DNA of 64,000 nt from Basidiobolus meristosporus CBS 931.73. Lineage: Eukaryota; Fungi; Basidiobolomycota. The notes under the pieces were generated by a model. That model had not been told where the DNA came from, made no database searches, and saw nothing but the letters and a program-made list of their open reading frames with translations. Both the position numbers and the translations under genes were made by a program. The stretch is taken from NCBI GenBank assembly GCA_002104905.1, contig MCFE01000416.1, positions 14,917 through 78,916 of the forward strand, in the 5' to 3' direction. Shown here in pieces: positions 61,636 through 64,000 of the stretch (positions are counted from its first letter, which is position 1; each line of letters starts with the position of its first letter).

Positions 61636-62985
61636 ATGGTCCCCATACCAAGCCTCAACTCATCTTTAGCACAACCCAGACAAAACCCATCCCCCAGCTC
61701 ACAAGCACAGTCTGGACCGGAAAAGTCAATGTTGGATCCATTCAAGTTCTTGCCAAATGATTTTAGTATGGCCCAAGTGTCTATGATGAGTCTTCATACA
61801 GATATTTTGGCACTACTGATTAATCTAGCAGAACTAGATACCTCAGAGAGTTGACAAAGATAGAAGAATTTTAGTAGAAAGCTGTGGCATGAGTTCTACA
61901 TCAAGATGCCAGCCAATGTATGTAAGAAGATATATAACAAGACAAGTATTGAAATCAAGAATGAGCTGAGAGTGAGGGGATTCAATGAAGAAGCCGCGCG
62001 GTAACAATTTTGCGCGCAATTTGCACAGTATGGGCCGGACGCATCCATTTGTGCCTCAACTTTGGGAACCAAAGAGATTTTGAATGAGTTTTTGCCTCAA
62101 ATGACTAATGCACTATGTGATATATTAGTAGAGCTAAGTGGCTTCCAAGAGCAATATACACAGGACTCATCCAGGCAACAGCTCCAAAGTATCAGACTGA
62201 GGGTAAGTGAATACCTTGAGGAATCAGATGGTGAGCTTCAGAAGGAAGAATACAGACCGCAAGCAACATTGTTCAGATCACGCCAGCATGCCTTGCTGGA
62301 TTCCCTACCATCTCTTGCAACCACAGCGTGCCGGTGCAGGTCAGTCCAGACCATGCCAACATCCTTTACCAGAACGCCCCGCATCAAATCAATGCACATT
62401 GAGTCAACACACGTTGGGTCAACGCGTGCGCTTCAGAGCAAAACTATGAGAACTTGCTAAACTGCTTATTTAGACACAAGTCCATTGGAGCGGACCAAGT
62501 TGCATCAACATGCAGCATCACATCAAACTCAGCCAAGGGCCATCTCAGCGCGTCAAGGCGCGCCTGCGCATGCCGTTTTGCCTGACCATCAGCAAGTTAC
62601 TTTGGGTGAACTGACTGATGATGACCAACATGAAGTGCCTCAACCACCGGAGCCCTTGGCAAGTAAAAGAATGCATCAGCGCATGGCACTACAGGCCAGT
62701 TCAGTTGGTTCAGTCGGAGCAATTCAGCGTGGCCAAGCTGCAGCATTGCACTCATCAGCTAGGAGGCAAATTACTAACTACAAATACACAAGTAGCCTAG
62801 ATGATAGTCAGCCAGGAAGTAGTATAGGTGTGCAAAGTGAGTCACTACCAAATGCTTCAGTAGTAATCCCTGTGAGAAAAAAACCCAGGAGAAGATGGTG
62901 CAATTGCTTTGAATCACTCACATTTGTAATGATCCCAACAACCCATTTTTTTTGCAATCCAAATCAAGCCATTGCAAATCAGTGA
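61636..62985 (+). pseudogene. PHIS copy 2 accessory ORF1 with premature stops; retains the longer C-terminus (..VRKKPRRRWCNC..)
   Basis: MVPIPSLNSSLAQPRQNP.. colinear with 33695-34870; stops at 61852-54 and 62458-60 among others. Confidence 0.82.
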
Positions 62986-64000
62986 TCATCAAATTTTTGA
63001 TATAAGCAATATCAAGGTCGTCTCACATTTGAGACAGAACCCCTATAAATAATCACCTGCATATATATACGTCATCTGTAATACCAGTGCAGCTATTGGA
63101 TCTGTTTTGCACCTACACAATTGCTTGCATGCTAGCTATGACACCTTGTCCAATCACTAGGATCAGGGATTTACTTGCTCAATGGGCAAAATGGGATATT
63201 TGATGGCAAACCAGGTAGCTTTTTAGTAGTCAATGAGCCAATTGGGGGCTGCCAGCTTTAGGATACTTTTAGACCAATTAACCACTGAGATACCGTCCAA
63301 TTGGAGTGAGGGTAACCAAAATGGTGAGTATCAGTGTAGTTTATAGTGTGATACACATTTATTTCCATTTACATTAAAGAACATATCCAAATATCGGATT
63401 TTACCTGCCAATATAGTGGTATCCAATTGCGCACGTGATGCAAACATTACAAGTTGGCGCAATCATCTGTGCCAACCTCATTGTGTCAGATTGTGCCATA
63501 GTGTGCAAGATTGTCCCACATAGTGCAAAATTGTCCAAGAACAATCCTGCCTTCTGGTAGCTATAATATTGCGCCCAATTGTTCTTTACAACCGGCGGAT
63601 TGCGCCACACGCCCTGGCATGGTACAATGGAACAAGTCTAAAAACTATCCCATGATTTTTGGGTAGAATCAGTTGCCACAGCTGTATACCATAAATAGGA
63701 ATAAAATAGAGACCTTTGTGATTCTACTCCATTGGAAGCATTGTATGGATACAAACCAAGTGCAAAAATCTCACAATATTGGGGTATAGAGCATATGCCA
63801 AGAAACTGCCCAAGATCAGTCAAGATTTGAGCCAAAAGTGTAAGATGCATACTATTGACCTACTGCAATAAGCGTAAAGGTGTATAGACTTTACAATACA
63901 AAGCAAAGCAGCTGATCAAGTCCAGGGATGCTTTATTTGATGAAATTTCAAAATATTTTCAAAAAATGACATTGGATGGTAACAAAATTTGATCTCAAGT

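Larger units (their letters stand above)
47300..63639 (-). mobile_element. PHIS transposon copy 2 (inverted relative to copy 1); inflated to 16.3 kb by two nested gypsy elements and a solo LTR
   Basis: TIRs AGACTTGTTCT (47300) and GGAACAAGTCT (63639); TSD AAA (47297-99 and 63640-42). Net length about 3.41 kb, equal to copy 1. Confidence 0.9.
45195..64000 (+). mobile_element. Ty1/copia retrotransposon (5' LTR 45195-45483); degenerate gag-pol interrupted at 47299/63640 by PHIS copy 2; runs off the window end
   Basis: TG..CA LTR plus PBS; gag LDGSNYQVWKVKMK, UBN2-like KKMYLRQKFF, CKRKGHTSDQC knuckle, LWHR.FGH, LITFVDDYTRY integrase. ARSMMYDQ|KLSHDFWVESVATAVY rejoins in frame across the insertion. 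Confidence 0.9.

Noticed and set aside
27794-64000. RIP as the cause of TE decay
   Set aside because: The informative changes I could read are mostly at CpG, with long ORFs still open and no TpA flood.

Overview
Eukaryotic, fungal-looking DNA; short introns with loose donors, the gene set and the TE types suggest an early-diverging lineage (inference, not verifiable here). The window has two very different halves. (1) 1-26.7 kb is gene-dense and rich in CpG, with ten recognisable conserved intron-containing genes: ABCE1/RLI1 (partial), mitochondrial uL13, AP-1 beta adaptin, SMC4, ADA3/NGG1, an RPAP3-like TPR co-chaperone, COG3, ZZZ3, CDC73 and VPS53. (2) From about 26.9 kb to the end there are no host genes. 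This is a CpG-depleted nest of transposons whose order can be rebuilt from termini and target-site duplications (TSDs). It holds three copies of a CCCTA-terminated CMC/EnSpm element, two of which appear to have inserted 12 bp apart in opposite orientation into the third. It also holds two copies of a 3.4-kb PIF/Harbinger-IS5-like (PHIS) element with an unknown second ORF, a Ty1/copia element, two full Ty3/gypsy elements nested one inside the other, and two ~1.1-1.2 kb solo LTRs. The most novel-looking item is the inner gypsy element. It has a tRNA-His-type primer site, a non-purine sequence at the PPT position, and an unrecognised ~389-codon third ORF in the env position. Coordinates and mismatch counts were obtained by hand; no database search was possible.
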